From an uncultured cyanobacterium (GTDB lineage: Bacteria > Cyanobacteriota > Cyanobacteriia > CAKZMO01), in the NCBI GenBank assembly GCA_963719515.1, contig CAVRCJ010000019.1, positions 96,001 to 160,000 on the forward strand: a stretch of DNA of 64,000 nt. Direction: 5' to 3'. Position 1 is the first letter of the stretch. Every line of letters starts with the position of its first letter. The notes beneath the pieces are model-generated. The model saw only the letters and a program-made list of their open reading frames with translations, did no database searches and was not told the DNA's origin. Positions 49,913 to 60,760 of the stretch are shown piece by piece. A program made the translations under genes and the position numbers.

Positions 49913-52900
49913 TCACAGCAAAAAGTGACGAGCGCCAAGCGTTTCTACCGAGACGTCCTCTAGCAGCGCCAGGGTTTTGATGCCGCTGTCGGTTTGAACG
50001 CGAACCAGGCTGTGGTCGCCCCGCTGACGCAGCACCAAATCCACTGCGGCGACGCCCCGCACCCGTCGCAGATCGATTCGATCCTGCAAAATCTCGAAGT
50101 CGGTGATTACATCCCCAAATTCGCCGACGCGGCCATACCCAAAGCGATCGCGGCCCTGCCCTCCCGATAGCTGGTCGCCTCCCGCGCCGCCGATTAAAAG
50201 GTCATGGCCGCGACCGCCCCGCAGCCGATCTCTGCCGCGATCGCCCCTAAGGCGATCGTGCCCCGTTCCGCCGTTGAGGATGTCGCGGCCCGCCCCGCCG
50301 CGCAACAGGTCGCTGCCGCTGCCCCCGTTAAGGATGTCGTGACCCGCTCCGCCCAAAAGGCGATCAGCCCCGCCGCCGCCGTTGAGAATATCGTCGCCGG
50401 TGCCGCCTCTGAGGCGATCGCGGTTAGTGCCGCCGTTGAGAATATCGCTGTCTGCCCCCCCGACGAGCTGGTCTGCATCGCTGCCGCCATTGAGGATATC
50501 GCTGCCGTCCCTGCCGTTGAGGTCGTCAGGGTCGCTAAAGCCGTTGAGGATGTCGTCGCCGCTCATATCGAGCTGCCCTAGCTGACCATCGCGCCTGTTT
50601 CGCGGTGAATCTACGGTGTCAGGGACGCCATTGCCGTCGGCATCACCGGGGACCGCAAAGCTAAATGGGGTTGTGCCGGGTGCGCCAGCCGCAGCGTCGA
50701 TTACATCCAGGATGCCGTCGCCGTCGCTATCCATGCCGTCGATGCGCCCGTCGTTGTCGCCGTCAGGCAGCTCCAGCGAAGCCTCTTGGAGGTCAAACCT
50801 GCCGTCGTTGTCGCTGTCGCGGTCGCGGTAGTTGGCTAGACCGTCGCCATCTTGGTCGAGCGCTTCTAGAATGCCGCTGGTAGATAGGCCGCTGGGCGTA
50901 ACGCTGACAGCGCCCTGGCCGATGAGGCCGTCCTGGTCTGGGTCGGGGCCACCCGCTTCGGTGACATCCGCAAGGCCGTCGTTGTCGCTGTCGAGATCTT
51001 GAAAGTCGAAGACGCGATCGCCGTCGCTGTCGGGGGGGAAGCCGCGGGAAAGACCGCTGTCGGGGGCAGTTTCTCGGCTGTCGGCCAGCCCATTGCGGCC
51101 CACGGGCTCTTCGAGACGACCGTCCCCGTCGAGATCGCTGCCGTCCGCTTCTGCTAAGTCGCTAATGCCGTCGTTGTCTGCGTCGAGGTCGAGGCGATCT
51201 AGAATGCCATCGCCATCGGTGTCCCGATTAGGACGGCCTTGGTCTTCTATGGCGTCGGGAATGCCGTCATTGTCGTCGTCGAGGTCAACGGCGTCGATCA
51301 CCCCATCTCCATCGCTGTCCTCAAAGCCGCCGAAGCCGCCTGGCTGGGAATCGATGGCGTCGGGTACCCCATCGGCATCCGCGTCGGCGGGGCTGTCCAC
51401 CTGTCCGTCTCCGTCGGCGTCAGGGCTGTTGGGGCCTATGCGCAGCCCCGCCTCCCCTCGGTCAGAAACGCCGTCCCCATCGCTGTCGAGCTCTCGTCCG
51501 TCGGGTACCCCATCGCCATCCCCATCGGGAAGGGGAGCGCTGGGGCCGCTGCCGAAGGCGGTAGGTACCCCGTCTAGCACATCGGCAATGCCGTCACCGT
51601 CCGCGTCGGGGCCGTCCACCGCGCCGTTGCCGTCAGGGTCGGTCGTTATCGGAATACCCGCTTCCACTAGGTCCGGCACGCCGTCGTTATCGCTGTCTAG
51701 ATCTCGGAAGTCCGGACGGCGATCGCCGTCGGTATCGCGGAGGGGGGCCAGCACCGGCTCATCTGCTAGACCGTCGCCGTCGGCGTCCCGACCGCCCCCT
51801 TCGATCAGATCACCGACACCGTCATTGTCACTGTCTAGGTCCCGGAAGTCGGGAATGCGATCGCCGTCCGTGTCTACAGGAATCAACGCGCCGCCGCTAC
51901 CGGTGTGCAGACTCTGCAGTAGGCCATTGGGGCCAAAGTCCTCCGGTCGCCCGTCTATCCGTCCGTCGCTGTTGGTGTCCGCGATGCCATACCCCGCCTC
52001 AACGACGTCGAAAAGCCCGTCCCCATCGGCGTCCGTGTCGAGGCTGTCGAAAAGCCCGTCGCCGTCGGTATCCCGCAGCGGATCGCCCCCCTGCTCCACG
52101 GTGTCGAGAATGCCGTCGTTGTCGTCGTCGAGGTCGAGGTCGTTGGTGATCCCATCCCCATCGCTGTCCTCGAAGCCGCCGAAGCGGCCCGGTTGGGAAT
52201 CAATCGCATCGGGGATGCCGTCGGCGTCGCTGTCGGTGGGGTCATCTACCTGGCCATCGCGATCGCTGTCGGGTGTCCTGAGCCCGGTGGCCAGGTTGAA
52301 CTCCACTCGGTCAAAAACGCCATCCCCATCGCTGTCGAGGTCTCGCACATCGGGCACGCCGTCGCCGTCTCTGTCGGGCAGCGGGTTACTTGGGCCTCTG
52401 CCAAAGGTGGCTGTTTCATCCACCGGGTCCGAGATGCCGTCGCCGTCCGTATCGGGTTTGTCGATCGCGCCATTGCCGTCGGGGTCGCGGGCAGCGTCTA
52501 TTCCCGATTCAATCAGATCAGAGACGCCGTCGTTGTCGCTGTCGAGGTCTTGAAAATCGGGTCGCCGGTCGCCGTCGGTATCGCGATCGCCCCCCTCAGT
52601 GACGTCAAGGATGCCGTCGTTATCGCTGTCGAGGTCTTGAAAGTCAAAGACGCGATCGCCATCGGTGTCGGTCGGCAATGCCGTCAGGATGCCGCTATTC
52701 GCAGCGGTTTCCAGGCTGTCTAGCAAGCCGTTGGTGCCAAATGTCGGTCCGTCTAAGCGACCATCACCGTCGAAGTCCGCTGCCCCGTAGCCGGATTCTA
52801 CGCTGTCAAAGATGCCGTCGCCGTCCGCATCGAGGTCGAGGCTGTCAATCAGCCCGTCGCCGTCCGTATCGCGGGTTGGGTCGCCGCCCTGCTCCACCGT

Positions 52901-55900
52901 ATCCGGGATGCCGTCGTTGTCACCGTCGGCGTCTTGCTCGTCGGGGATGCCGTCGCTGTCGGCGTCGGCCTTCACAATCAGGGTTACGGTGCCGATATCG
53001 CTGCCGCCCTTGCCGTCGATCACCTCGTAGCTGAAGCGGTCGGAACCGCTGTAGCTCGCGGCAGGAAAATAGGTGAAACCGCCGTCTGCGGCCAGGGTCA
53101 CCGTTCCCCCTCCCTCGGTGGTCAGGGCAGCCGGGAGGACGGTGAGGATGTCGCCATCCGCGTCTCTGTCGGGGCCGCTACCGCTGTTGAGCACTCCCGC
53201 GATCGCCATCACGACCAGCGGGACGTCTTCCACGGCAGTATAGATATCGTCACTCGCCACGGGAAGGTCGTTGACGGGGATAAGGGTGACATCCACCAAA
53301 CCGGTAACCGTTACCGCGCCATCGCTCACCAAATAGGTAAACTCGCCGGGGTCGGCAACGCCGTCATAGTCAGCAGGGGCATCGTACCGCAGCCCCGCAA
53401 TCTGCTCAGGGGTGAGGAATTGACCGGCTGCAACTGGCCTGCCATCTTCGAGAGTAACGAGGCCGAGGGCGGGCAATCCCGCAACCGCAATCGTTAAGGC
53501 GTCGCCATCGGCATCCGTCGGGGCAACGAGGCCAAGGGGGACTCCGGCACTCTCTTCGAGCGCAGTCACGGCAGCGCCGCCAGCATCCCCTGCGGTAGGG
53601 ACATCGTTGATAGGGATGAGGGTGATGCGGGCAGTGCCCGTGACGATGCTCGTGCCGTCGGTCACTGAGTAGGTAAACTCACCGGGATCGGCAGCGCCGT
53701 CGTAGTCGGCAGGGGCATTGTACAGCAGCCCTTCTAGCGCTTCTGGGGTCAAGACCTGGCCGACGGTAACGGGGGTTCCGTCGGCTAGGATGAGCCTTCC
53801 TAGGGCGGGCAACTCGGTGACGGTGAGGGTCAGCGGATCACCGTCGGCGTCGGTGGGCGCGGCTAGCCCCAAGGGGGTGCGGGTGCTCTCTTCCGCAGCG
53901 GCGATCGCGGCATTGCCTACAACCGGCACGTCATCGATGGCATTGAGAGAGATCTCCGCGCGGCCGGTGACGGTGGCCGTGCCGTCAGACACAGCATAGG
54001 TAAACTTGCCGGGATCGGCAGCGCCGTCGTAGTCGGCAGGGGCATCGTACAGCAGCCCTTCTAGCGTCTCTGGGGCCAAGACCTGGCCCAGAACGAGCGG
54101 CGTCCCGTCGGCAGTGAGCGTTCCTAGAGCGGGCAGCTCGGTGACCGTGAGGGTCAGCAGGTCGCCGTCGGCATCGGTGGGAGCCGTCATCCCTAAAAGA
54201 GTTCGGGCGCTCTCTTCATCAGCGGCGATCGCCACATTGCGGGCCACAGGTGCATCGTTGATTGGCGTCAGGGCAATGTCGGCAGCGCCCGTTACGGTAT
54301 CGGTGCCGTCGGTGACAGCATAGGTAAACCTACCGGGATCGCTCACGCCGTCGTAGTCAGCAGGGGCGTTGTAGATGAGTCCTGCTAGCTCAGCAGGGGT
54401 CAAGGGCTGCCCATCGGTGACGGGCGCGCCGCTGGCTAAGGTAACCGTCCCCAAAGCAGGCAGCTCGCTGATGGTAAGGGCCAGCGGGTCGCCGTCGGCA
54501 TCTGTAGGAACGGCTAGCCCTAAAGGGGTGCGGGTGCTCTCTTCCGCAGCGGCGATCGCTGAATTGCCCACAACCGGCCTGTCATTGACGGCGCTGAGGT
54601 CAAAATCTACGCTGCCGGTAACGGTATCACTGCCGTCAGAGACCGAGTAGCGGAAGGTTCCAGGGTCGCTCGCGCCGTCGTAGTCGGCGGGGGCGTCGTA
54701 CAGTAGACCCCCTAGCTCCGCTGCGGTCAAGGGTTGCCCATCGGTAACGGACGTGCCGTCAGCTAGGGTAACCGTCCCCAACGCAGGCAGCTCGCTGACG
54801 ATAAGGGTCAGCAGGTCGCCATCGGCATCCACAGGCGCTGCTATGCCTAAAGGCGTGCCCTGGCTTTCCTCCGCAGCGGCGATCGCGACAGCCTGGCCCA
54901 CAACCGGCGCATCGTTGATGGCGCTTAGAGTGACGGTGGTCCTGCCGGTGACCGTGGCCCTGCCGTCGGTGACGGTATAGGTCAAGTCGCCGGGGTCACG
55001 GGCGCCGTCATACTCGGCAGGGGCGTCGTACCGTAGCCCCTCCAGCGCTTCTGCCGTGAGCGTCTGGCCATGGGTAATCGGGGTGCCATCGGCTAGGGTG
55101 ACCGCGCCCAGCACCGGCAAACCGCTGACCGTGATCGTTAGCGCCTCACCTTCCGCATCTGTGGGAGCCGTCAGTCCCAGGGTCCGACTGCTCTCCTCAT
55201 CGACGGCGATCGCAACATTGCTCACCAGCGGCGCATCGTTGACCGCAGTTAAGGAGAAGTCAGTAACGCCGGTGATGGTGCTCGTCCCGTCGGTGACGGC
55301 GTAGGTGAAGTCGCCAGGGTCACGGGCGCCGTCGTAGTCCGCCGGGCCATCATAGAGCAGGCCCTCCAGTTCCGCAGCGGTGAGGATTTGGCCTGGGGTG
55401 AGCGGCGTCCCGTCTGCAAGGGTGAGCGCCCCGAGGCGGGGCAAACCCGTGACGGTGATTCTGAGGGCGTCGCCGTCGGCATCGGTCGGTGCGCTTAGCC
55501 CTAAGGGAATGCCGGTGCTTTCCTCTGCCGCGGCAATGGTCCCACTGCTGACCTCTGGCGCATCGTCAACGGGCTCCACCGCGATCGAAAGCGTTGCCGT
55601 GTCGGTGCCGATGCCGTCATTCAGGGTATAGGTTACGCTGGGCAGCGCTCCGCTAACGTTTGCAGCGGGCAAAAAGCTGTAGGCTCCGGTTGCCTCCAGC
55701 GTTAGGCGGCCGAGGACAGCGCCGCCGCGGGTAATCTCGGTGGTGATACCCAAGGAGAGAGCCTCTTCAACCCCATCCCCGTTAACGTCAACCCTAGCGC
55801 CAATCACTGTGAGCGGGTCGCTGTCGGCGTCGCTGTCCTGCCCGGCTGCGGGGTCGGGGTCAGCAATCACGTTGCCCGAGATGGGAGTATCTTCAGCGAC

Positions 55901-57850
55901 ATCAACGGTATTATCGCGGGCAATGGGTAGGGTGTTGTTGTCTAGATAGTCGAGGCCAGAGGACAGCGACGAGCCGGCGGTATCGTCGTCATCGCTATCC
56001 GGCAAAATACCGTTGAGCGGTGAGTTGATTTCGTCATTGGCATCAAAGCCGTCGTTGACGTCGCTCCCCTCAAACGCATCCAGTAAGCCGTCACCATCGC
56101 TGTCGTCGGGGGTAACCACCCCATCCCTGCCGTTTTCGTCGACATCAGGCACCCCGTCGTCGTCAGAGTCAACGTCGAGGTAGTTGGGAAGGCTCTGCGT
56201 GCCCACGCCGTCGGCCGTGCTGCCGTCAGAGTCTATAGGAACTAGCCCTTTCCCTCCCCCGGCAGTAGCTTCGTAGGCGTCGTCTAGACCATTACCATCT
56301 GCGTCATTACCGGTGGGAGCGATATAGCCTCGCGTGGTCTGCGCCTCAATATTGTCGGGAATGCCGTCGTTGTCGCTATCGAGGTCGACGCTATCGTTGA
56401 GGCGATCGCCGTCGCTGTCGGCTCCAACGATTGTAGTCGTTTGCGGGTTTGGGTAGAGCAACGCGTTTCGCAAGTCAATTTGAAAGCCCGCCCCATCGTT
56501 TGTCGTTCGAAACTGCAGGGTAAACTCGCTACGCTGGATGTAGTTGAAACGAATTGAGTCTGGGGAAATGATTCTGTCACCTACGTCGTTAGCCGTGCCG
56601 GTGGCCAACACAAACCCCGGAATCTCGGTGGTAGAAAGCTCTAAAATAGTGTTCTTATCTACGGTGTAGCCGGTGATACTGTCTATAGGCGCAGCGACCG
56701 ATTCCGTGCGCCTCTCCGTATGGTCTAAGTCGCCAATGACCGCCGTGAACACAGCCTCGGCCCGATTGCCGGGTTCTCCGGCGAGCAGGGCGCTAACATC
56801 GCTGTTCAAATCAAAAAACTCGAACCGTACGGTTGCAGATTCCGTGTCGGAGGAGTCGCCGTCTAAGCTTCGCACCGAGACGCGAGGCTGGCTGTCTAGT
56901 TCTCCCCAACTCACCCTCGTGGTGCCGGCATTGCTGACCGTATCGATGGCGGTAGCCCGCAGATAGCCAATCGCGACGCCCGCTTCGTCGATCAGGGTAT
57001 AGACCGCAATACTGCCAACGGTTTGATCTTCGCTACCGGAGGACGTCTGAAACGTACCGCTCACCCTAAAGGGCTGGGCCGCTCGCTCTAGAATGTTTTG
57101 GAGCGCGTTAGCCGCTTCTACGGTGTCCAAAATGCCGTCGTTGTCATCATCGAGATCGACAGCGTCGTCAATTCCATCGCCGTCCGTGTCTGCCGTTAGA
57201 GTACCGCCGTAGGCCGTGAGAGTCCTGACATCACAGGGCAACGAGAGCTCCCACTCTCGCCCGGCATCCACTCTATTGATGGCGGCTTGTCGGCTCCGAA
57301 CCGCTGGGGCGATCGCATCTAGCACCCAGCTGCCGCCTAGCGCCACACTGCCCACGGTGTGGGTAGAGGCGTGGACGGTGGCTCCCGTGAGATAGTGCAT
57401 AGCCACCATGTAGGTCGCTCCGGCGATCTTGTCCGCTAGGTGACAGCCGTAGAGATGGAGCGCAGCGCTGCTGCGATAGGAATTGGGCGTGAACCAAGCG
57501 TTTAAATGGTGGGCGTAGCGATCAAGAGTCGTAAGACTCAGTTCGCTGTTGCCTAAATAGAGCACGCCTGCAGAGCCGTGGGACAAGATGTGCAGCTCGC
57601 TGACGTTAGGCAACGCCTGCAGCAGGGCTGTGATTTGGGCAACGCCATCCTGCTCCGGCTGCAGCACAGCGGCCCAAGCGTCAGGCCTGACGCCCGCCAG
57701 CAAGATTCGGTCGTCCTCGATGCTAGGGTCGAGGACGACAAGGGTAGGCTGCGCCATCAGCGATGGCGCACTGCCTCGAAAATCAGTTTTTTGAGCGGTA
57801 GGTGGGTAGAGTTGAGCACCGCAAATCGGTGCGTAGTTGCCATGTTGCAT
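49913..57850 (-). CDS. Giant RTX/T1SS-type surface adhesin: DUF4347 + cadherin/Ig-like repeats + TSP3-like DxDxDG repeats + hemolysin-type Ca-binding repeats
   Basis: DUF4347 (HILSHG...LYGC), ~9 Ig-like units, many DxDxDG motifs, GGxGxDxL nonapeptides, DVITDF...DRIDL C-terminus; the start may be 57757. Confidence 0.9.
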   Translation of the reverse strand: MQHGNYAPICGAQLYPPTAQKTDFRGSAPSLMAQPTLVVLDPSIEDDRILLAGVRPDAWAAVLQPEQDGVAQITALLQALPNVSELHILSHGSAGVLYLGNSELSLTTLDRYAHHLNAWFTPNSYRSSAALHLYGCHLADKIAGATYMVAMHYLTGATVHASTHTVGSVALGGSWVLDAIAPAVRSRQAAINRVDAGREWELSLPCDVRTLTAYGGTLTADTDGDGIDDAVDLDDDNDGILDTVEAANALQNILERAAQPFRVSGTFQTSSGSEDQTVGSIAVYTLIDEAGVAIGYLRATAIDTVSNAGTTRVSWGELDSQPRVSVRSLDGDSSDTESATVRFEFFDLNSDVSALLAGEPGNRAEAVFTAVIGDLDHTERRTESVAAPIDSITGYTVDKNTILELSTTEIPGFVLATGTANDVGDRIISPDSIRFNYIQRSEFTLQFRTTNDGAGFQIDLRNALLYPNPQTTTIVGADSDGDRLNDSVDLDSDNDGIPDNIEAQTTRGYIAPTGNDADGNGLDDAYEATAGGGKGLVPIDSDGSTADGVGTQSLPNYLDVDSDDDGVPDVDENGRDGVVTPDDSDGDGLLDAFEGSDVNDGFDANDEINSPLNGILPDSDDDDTAGSSLSSGLDYLDNNTLPIARDNTVDVAEDTPISGNVIADPDPAAGQDSDADSDPLTVIGARVDVNGDGVEEALSLGITTEITRGGAVLGRLTLEATGAYSFLPAANVSGALPSVTYTLNDGIGTDTATLSIAVEPVDDAPEVSSGTIAAAEESTGIPLGLSAPTDADGDALRITVTGLPRLGALTLADGTPLTPGQILTAAELEGLLYDGPADYDGARDPGDFTYAVTDGTSTITGVTDFSLTAVNDAPLVSNVAIAVDEESSRTLGLTAPTDAEGEALTITVSGLPVLGAVTLADGTPITHGQTLTAEALEGLRYDAPAEYDGARDPGDLTYTVTDGRATVTGRTTVTLSAINDAPVVGQAVAIAAAEESQGTPLGIAAPVDADGDLLTLIVSELPALGTVTLADGTSVTDGQPLTAAELGGLLYDAPADYDGASDPGTFRYSVSDGSDTVTGSVDFDLSAVNDRPVVGNSAIAAAEESTRTPLGLAVPTDADGDPLALTISELPALGTVTLASGAPVTDGQPLTPAELAGLIYNAPADYDGVSDPGRFTYAVTDGTDTVTGAADIALTPINDAPVARNVAIAADEESARTLLGMTAPTDADGDLLTLTVTELPALGTLTADGTPLVLGQVLAPETLEGLLYDAPADYDGAADPGKFTYAVSDGTATVTGRAEISLNAIDDVPVVGNAAIAAAEESTRTPLGLAAPTDADGDPLTLTVTELPALGRLILADGTPVTVGQVLTPEALEGLLYNAPADYDGAADPGEFTYSVTDGTSIVTGTARITLIPINDVPTAGDAGGAAVTALEESAGVPLGLVAPTDADGDALTIAVAGLPALGLVTLEDGRPVAAGQFLTPEQIAGLRYDAPADYDGVADPGEFTYLVSDGAVTVTGLVDVTLIPVNDLPVASDDIYTAVEDVPLVVMAIAGVLNSGSGPDRDADGDILTVLPAALTTEGGGTVTLAADGGFTYFPAASYSGSDRFSYEVIDGKGGSDIGTVTLIVKADADSDGIPDEQDADGDNDGIPDTVEQGGDPTRDTDGDGLIDSLDLDADGDGIFDSVESGYGAADFDGDGRLDGPTFGTNGLLDSLETAANSGILTALPTDTDGDRVFDFQDLDSDNDGILDVTEGGDRDTDGDRRPDFQDLDSDNDGVSDLIESGIDAARDPDGNGAIDKPDTDGDGISDPVDETATFGRGPSNPLPDRDGDGVPDVRDLDSDGDGVFDRVEFNLATGLRTPDSDRDGQVDDPTDSDADGIPDAIDSQPGRFGGFEDSDGDGITNDLDLDDDNDGILDTVEQGGDPLRDTDGDGLFDSLDTDADGDGLFDVVEAGYGIADTNSDGRIDGRPEDFGPNGLLQSLHTGSGGALIPVDTDGDRIPDFRDLDSDNDGVGDLIEGGGRDADGDGLADEPVLAPLRDTDGDRRPDFRDLDSDNDGVPDLVEAGIPITTDPDGNGAVDGPDADGDGIADVLDGVPTAFGSGPSAPLPDGDGDGVPDGRELDSDGDGVSDRGEAGLRIGPNSPDADGDGQVDSPADADADGVPDAIDSQPGGFGGFEDSDGDGVIDAVDLDDDNDGIPDAIEDQGRPNRDTDGDGILDRLDLDADNDGISDLAEADGSDLDGDGRLEEPVGRNGLADSRETAPDSGLSRGFPPDSDGDRVFDFQDLDSDNDGLADVTEAGGPDPDQDGLIGQGAVSVTPSGLSTSGILEALDQDGDGLANYRDRDSDNDGRFDLQEASLELPDGDNDGRIDGMDSDGDGILDVIDAAAGAPGTTPFSFAVPGDADGNGVPDTVDSPRNRRDGQLGQLDMSGDDILNGFSDPDDLNGRDGSDILNGGSDADQLVGGADSDILNGGTNRDRLRGGTGDDILNGGGGADRLLGGAGHDILNGGSGSDLLRGGAGRDILNGGTGHDRLRGDRGRDRLRGGRGHDLLIGGAGGDQLSGGQGRDRFGYGRVGEFGDVITDFEILQDRIDLRRVRGVAAVDLVLRQRGDHSLVRVQTDSGIKTLALLEDVSVETLGARHFLL
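53275..55570 (-). repeat. Seven tandem ~330-bp (~110-aa) cadherin-like repeat units within the adhesin
   Basis: Repeated (N/D)D.P...[13 protein letters not shown]...LP.LG...GL.Y(D/N)APADYDG..DPG.F.Y.V.DG units; boundaries approximate. Confidence 0.85.
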
Positions 57851-57963
57851 GTTTGGGGTAGGTATAGCGCATCATGGCAGATGCTCCTGACAGCGAGGCT
57901 AAATTCTCAGATTTGAGGGTTGCACGGCCCAAACTGAAAAGCTCGCTGTAAGCTATTGCATTG

Positions 57964-58055
57964 GTTCAGTTGCTTAGAACACCAAAATCGGCTGAAAGCC
58001 TGACGTTATGTCGGCAACTGAACGCGCAAATGTCCTAATGCATCAGGACATTCGC
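57964..58055. repeat. Two adjacent inverted-repeat structures upstream of the adhesin
   Basis: GTTCAGTTGC(57964)...GCAACTGAAC(58023) 10-bp stem enclosing GGCT-GAA-AGCC, then AATGTCCT-AATGCATC-AGGACATT (58029-58052). Confidence 0.55.
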
Positions 58056-58208
58056 TATATCGAACAGTTTCTGTATACCCGTCAAATTGTGAAGAGATGC
58101 TAAGTGATTGTGCGGAAAACTCACGTTTCTATAAAAACCTAAGTAAGGCAGGCCAGCGATCGAGAGCTCAAGCTGTCATTGGGGAAGCGATCGCCGCTAG
58201 GTTAACTA

Positions 58209-59037
58209 TTAGACGGGAAGTCCCGCGCTGTATGCGCAGCATCAGCGTCGGGATGAAAGGCACGTGAGCCGTAGGCGAGCGATTAAGGAGCGGCGCACTA
58301 CTCCTTAAGGATGCTACAATCGAAGTGTGTTGACCTTGAACTACTCCTACAGAGTTTATCCGTCTCTTGAGCAGGAAGCCCGTATGGTCTGTTGGCTTAA
58401 GATTTGTCGTGGCGTCTACAACTATGCGCTGCGCGAACGAAAGGACTGGGTAAATTCGAGAAGCTGTGCGGCTAATGCCTGCTCGCTTCAGTCGGAGTAC
58501 ATCATTGCGGCGGACGCGCCATATCCTGACTACTACAAGCAGCAAAATGCGCTGACTGCGGCTAAGAAGATATTTCCTCACCTGAAGGACGTGCAGTCTC
58601 AGGTGCTTCAAGAGCCTATTCGCAGGGTAGAGGCAGCATTTGCTGCGAGGAAGGAGAGAGGCCACGGTTTCCCCCGCTTCAAGAAGTTTCGGCAAGGTTG
58701 ACGCTTATGGTACTTCTCAGGAGTGCCCAGACTGCGGCGCTGTGGTCAAAAAATCGTTGGGCGATCGCGTTCATCGGTGTCATGAATGTGGGTCGCTCAA
58801 GCCGAGAGATATTGCCGCTGCTCAAGTTATAAACGCCCGTGGAATTTCGGGTATTCAAATTGCCTGTGGAGCCGAGGTAGCGGGGATGTGGGAAGCCATA
58901 TCTAGCCAACTGGCTGCGTTCGCGCAGCGTGCGTGTAACGCGAAGCAGGAAACTCATCGGGTGACCGATGAAGCCCGCGCTCTATCCGTAGGATGTTCGC
59001 AAAGCGCTTCCGCAGGAAGAACGTCGGGAGTATTCAC
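58209..59037 (+). mobile_element. Non-autonomous IS200/IS605-family element (tnpB-only, internally deleted)
   Basis: Related subterminal hairpins at left (58221-58253, TCCCGCGCTG...CAGCGTCGGGA) and right (CCCGCGCTC...CGTCGGGAG ending TTCAC at 59037) flank tnpB fragments; the left boundary is approximate. Confidence 0.82.
58327..58950 (+). pseudogene. tnpB: TnpB relic: N-terminal HTH part fused out of frame to the C-terminal zinc ribbon
   Basis: YSYRVYP...CRGVYNYAL...SQVLQ...GFPRFKK then, in another frame, VDAYGTSQECPDCG...HRCHECG...RDIAAA; the central RuvC region is missing; junction ~58691-58696. Confidence 0.88.
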
Positions 59038-59080
59038 GTTGCCAAAGGGATCTGAATGCTGGATAACGGCCCAAACCTAG

Positions 59081-60697
59081 CTAGAACCGAAACGTGGTCC
59101 GAAACGTGGCAATAATGGCGTCATCGTTATCGCGATTTTGATTCGGAGCCGTAATCCAGACCAGCCCCGGCGTTAGGGCAATGGCGTCCGAGAGCTGCAG
59201 CCTGTAGAAGGCTTCTAAATGCAGTGACGTGTCGTTTTCTACGTCAAAGTCCTCTAGGCTGCCGAGGTAGGGCTCCACCCCGATCAAAACGCCGACCAGG
59301 CTTTGAGGCAAGACGACGTTGATTATTTCTGCGCCCAGGCCGTAATACCAAATCTCCCCCGATCGTGATCCGGTGAGCTGCAGATCGGTGTAGCCCCCAA
59401 ACGCGTTTAGCGTTAGGCGGCGGTTGACGGCGTAGGAGGTCTGAAACCCGTAGGAATTAGTCGTGGCGACGGTGTCAAGCACGGCATGGGCCGCGTTGGC
59501 CGGAAATGTACCGACGAGCAGCTCTCCTGGCAGACCAGAATCGAAGATGGCGTTGTCGTCGGTGTGGTAGCCCCGGACGTAGGTCACCCCGATCCCGAGG
59601 CGATCGCTAGGCGTGAGCGTCAGCTGCCCGAGGGCGGCGTAGTCTTGGTCGAATAGCCCGTCCCTTGGGTCGGTGGCAGATTCTGCCAGGTACCCTCCAG
59701 ATAGGGCGACAAGGCCTCCGGCAAAATCCACGTCGAAGCCGACTCCCGCCCCGCCCCCAATGCGATAGATGGGGCTAGCCTGGGCAAAGGTCGATAGAGC
59801 CCCAGATCTAGTCTGGCTGCCGAACAGTGCGTTCGTACTGTGGACGTAGTGGCTATGCTGCCCGCCTGTCGCGGCTACGACCATCTCAACGCGATCGCCC
59901 AGAGACGTAGTGTAGCTGAGCCGATCGAGCACGATGTCTCCATCGGTATCGCCGCGAGCCGAGGTCACCAGCTGCCCTTCCGCCGTGCTGCCCAACGCCC
60001 CCGACGCCCCCACAACCTCAGCGCCCCGAGCAGGAGCTCCTGCGGAAAACAGGCGCGTCTGCAGGACATCGCTGCCGGTAAAGCTAGCGGCAATGTCTAG
60101 CTGCAGGCGGTTTTGAAAGACAGCGCTATCGCTATCGTCATTGATGAGCTGCCCGTTGAGGTCAAAGATAGCCTCGCCGTAGAGCTTAGCGGTGGGTGAG
60201 AACTGCTGCACCTCTAACCTATCGGTTCGGGTCTCCAGGTCCCCCATTCGCTCTCCCAGGGGGGCTATTCCGCTGCTAAATTCGGTCATCAACCGTCTGA
60301 CCAGGCGTAGATCGGCTTCGTTGGTGACGATTTGTCCGCGCTGGACGCGCCCCTCAATAGCGCTGAGCGCCTGGGTCAAGGCTGCCGCAAATTCGTAGCG
60401 CGTCAGAGGCTGATCTCCCCGGAACGTGCCGTCAGGGTAGCCCAAGGGAATGCCGTAGCGATCGCTCAGGGACTGCAGCGCCTGGTAGGCCCAGTCTGAG
60501 GGCTGCACGTCACTTAGCTCAGAAACCGAGGGCACCTGCGCCCAGGCCTCTGTGGCCCCCAGTAGCGTAGCGTCATCTAGAGCAGCATCACTTGAAGCAA
60601 CATCAGGCTCAGCGCTGGCGCTAACAGGCAAAAGCAGCCCCAAAAAGAGCAAGAGCCCGATTCCACTGTGCAGTGTCTGTTTGACGGGGTGGTTCAT
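59081..60697 (-). CDS. Cyanobacterial SLH-domain outer-membrane porin (OprB/iron-uptake porin family)
   Basis: Signal peptide, SVSELSDVQPSDWAYQAL SLH domain, QFSPTAKL, C-terminal RTTFRF. Confidence 0.93.
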   Translation of the reverse strand: MNHPVKQTLHSGIGLLLFLGLLLPVSASAEPDVASSDAALDDATLLGATEAWAQVPSVSELSDVQPSDWAYQALQSLSDRYGIPLGYPDGTFRGDQPLTRYEFAAALTQALSAIEGRVQRGQIVTNEADLRLVRRLMTEFSSGIAPLGERMGDLETRTDRLEVQQFSPTAKLYGEAIFDLNGQLINDDSDSAVFQNRLQLDIAASFTGSDVLQTRLFSAGAPARGAEVVGASGALGSTAEGQLVTSARGDTDGDIVLDRLSYTTSLGDRVEMVVAATGGQHSHYVHSTNALFGSQTRSGALSTFAQASPIYRIGGGAGVGFDVDFAGGLVALSGGYLAESATDPRDGLFDQDYAALGQLTLTPSDRLGIGVTYVRGYHTDDNAIFDSGLPGELLVGTFPANAAHAVLDTVATTNSYGFQTSYAVNRRLTLNAFGGYTDLQLTGSRSGEIWYYGLGAEIINVVLPQSLVGVLIGVEPYLGSLEDFDVENDTSLHLEAFYRLQLSDAIALTPGLVWITAPNQNRDNDDAIIATFRTTFRF

Positions 60698-60760
60698 TGG
60701 GCCTCATCCGTGCAACATCTCATCTCATCAGTCGTATTGCCACGCCCTAAGCCTCAGCAG

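Noticed and set aside
51093..52553. 486-aa plus-strand ORF and other Ser/Pro-rich ORFs opposite the adhesin
   Set aside because: Antisense shadows of the repetitive GAC/GGC-rich DxDxDG coding strand; low complexity and no independent motifs.
58168..58695. 175-aa minus-strand ORF as a possible tnpA
   Set aside because: Antisense to tnpB, with no HUH motif or catalytic Tyr pattern of Y1 transposases.
58327..58950. Domesticated nuclease-dead TnpB (TldR-like) repressor
   Set aside because: The gene is broken by a large deletion with frameshift rather than point-inactivated, and it still lies within IS ends.
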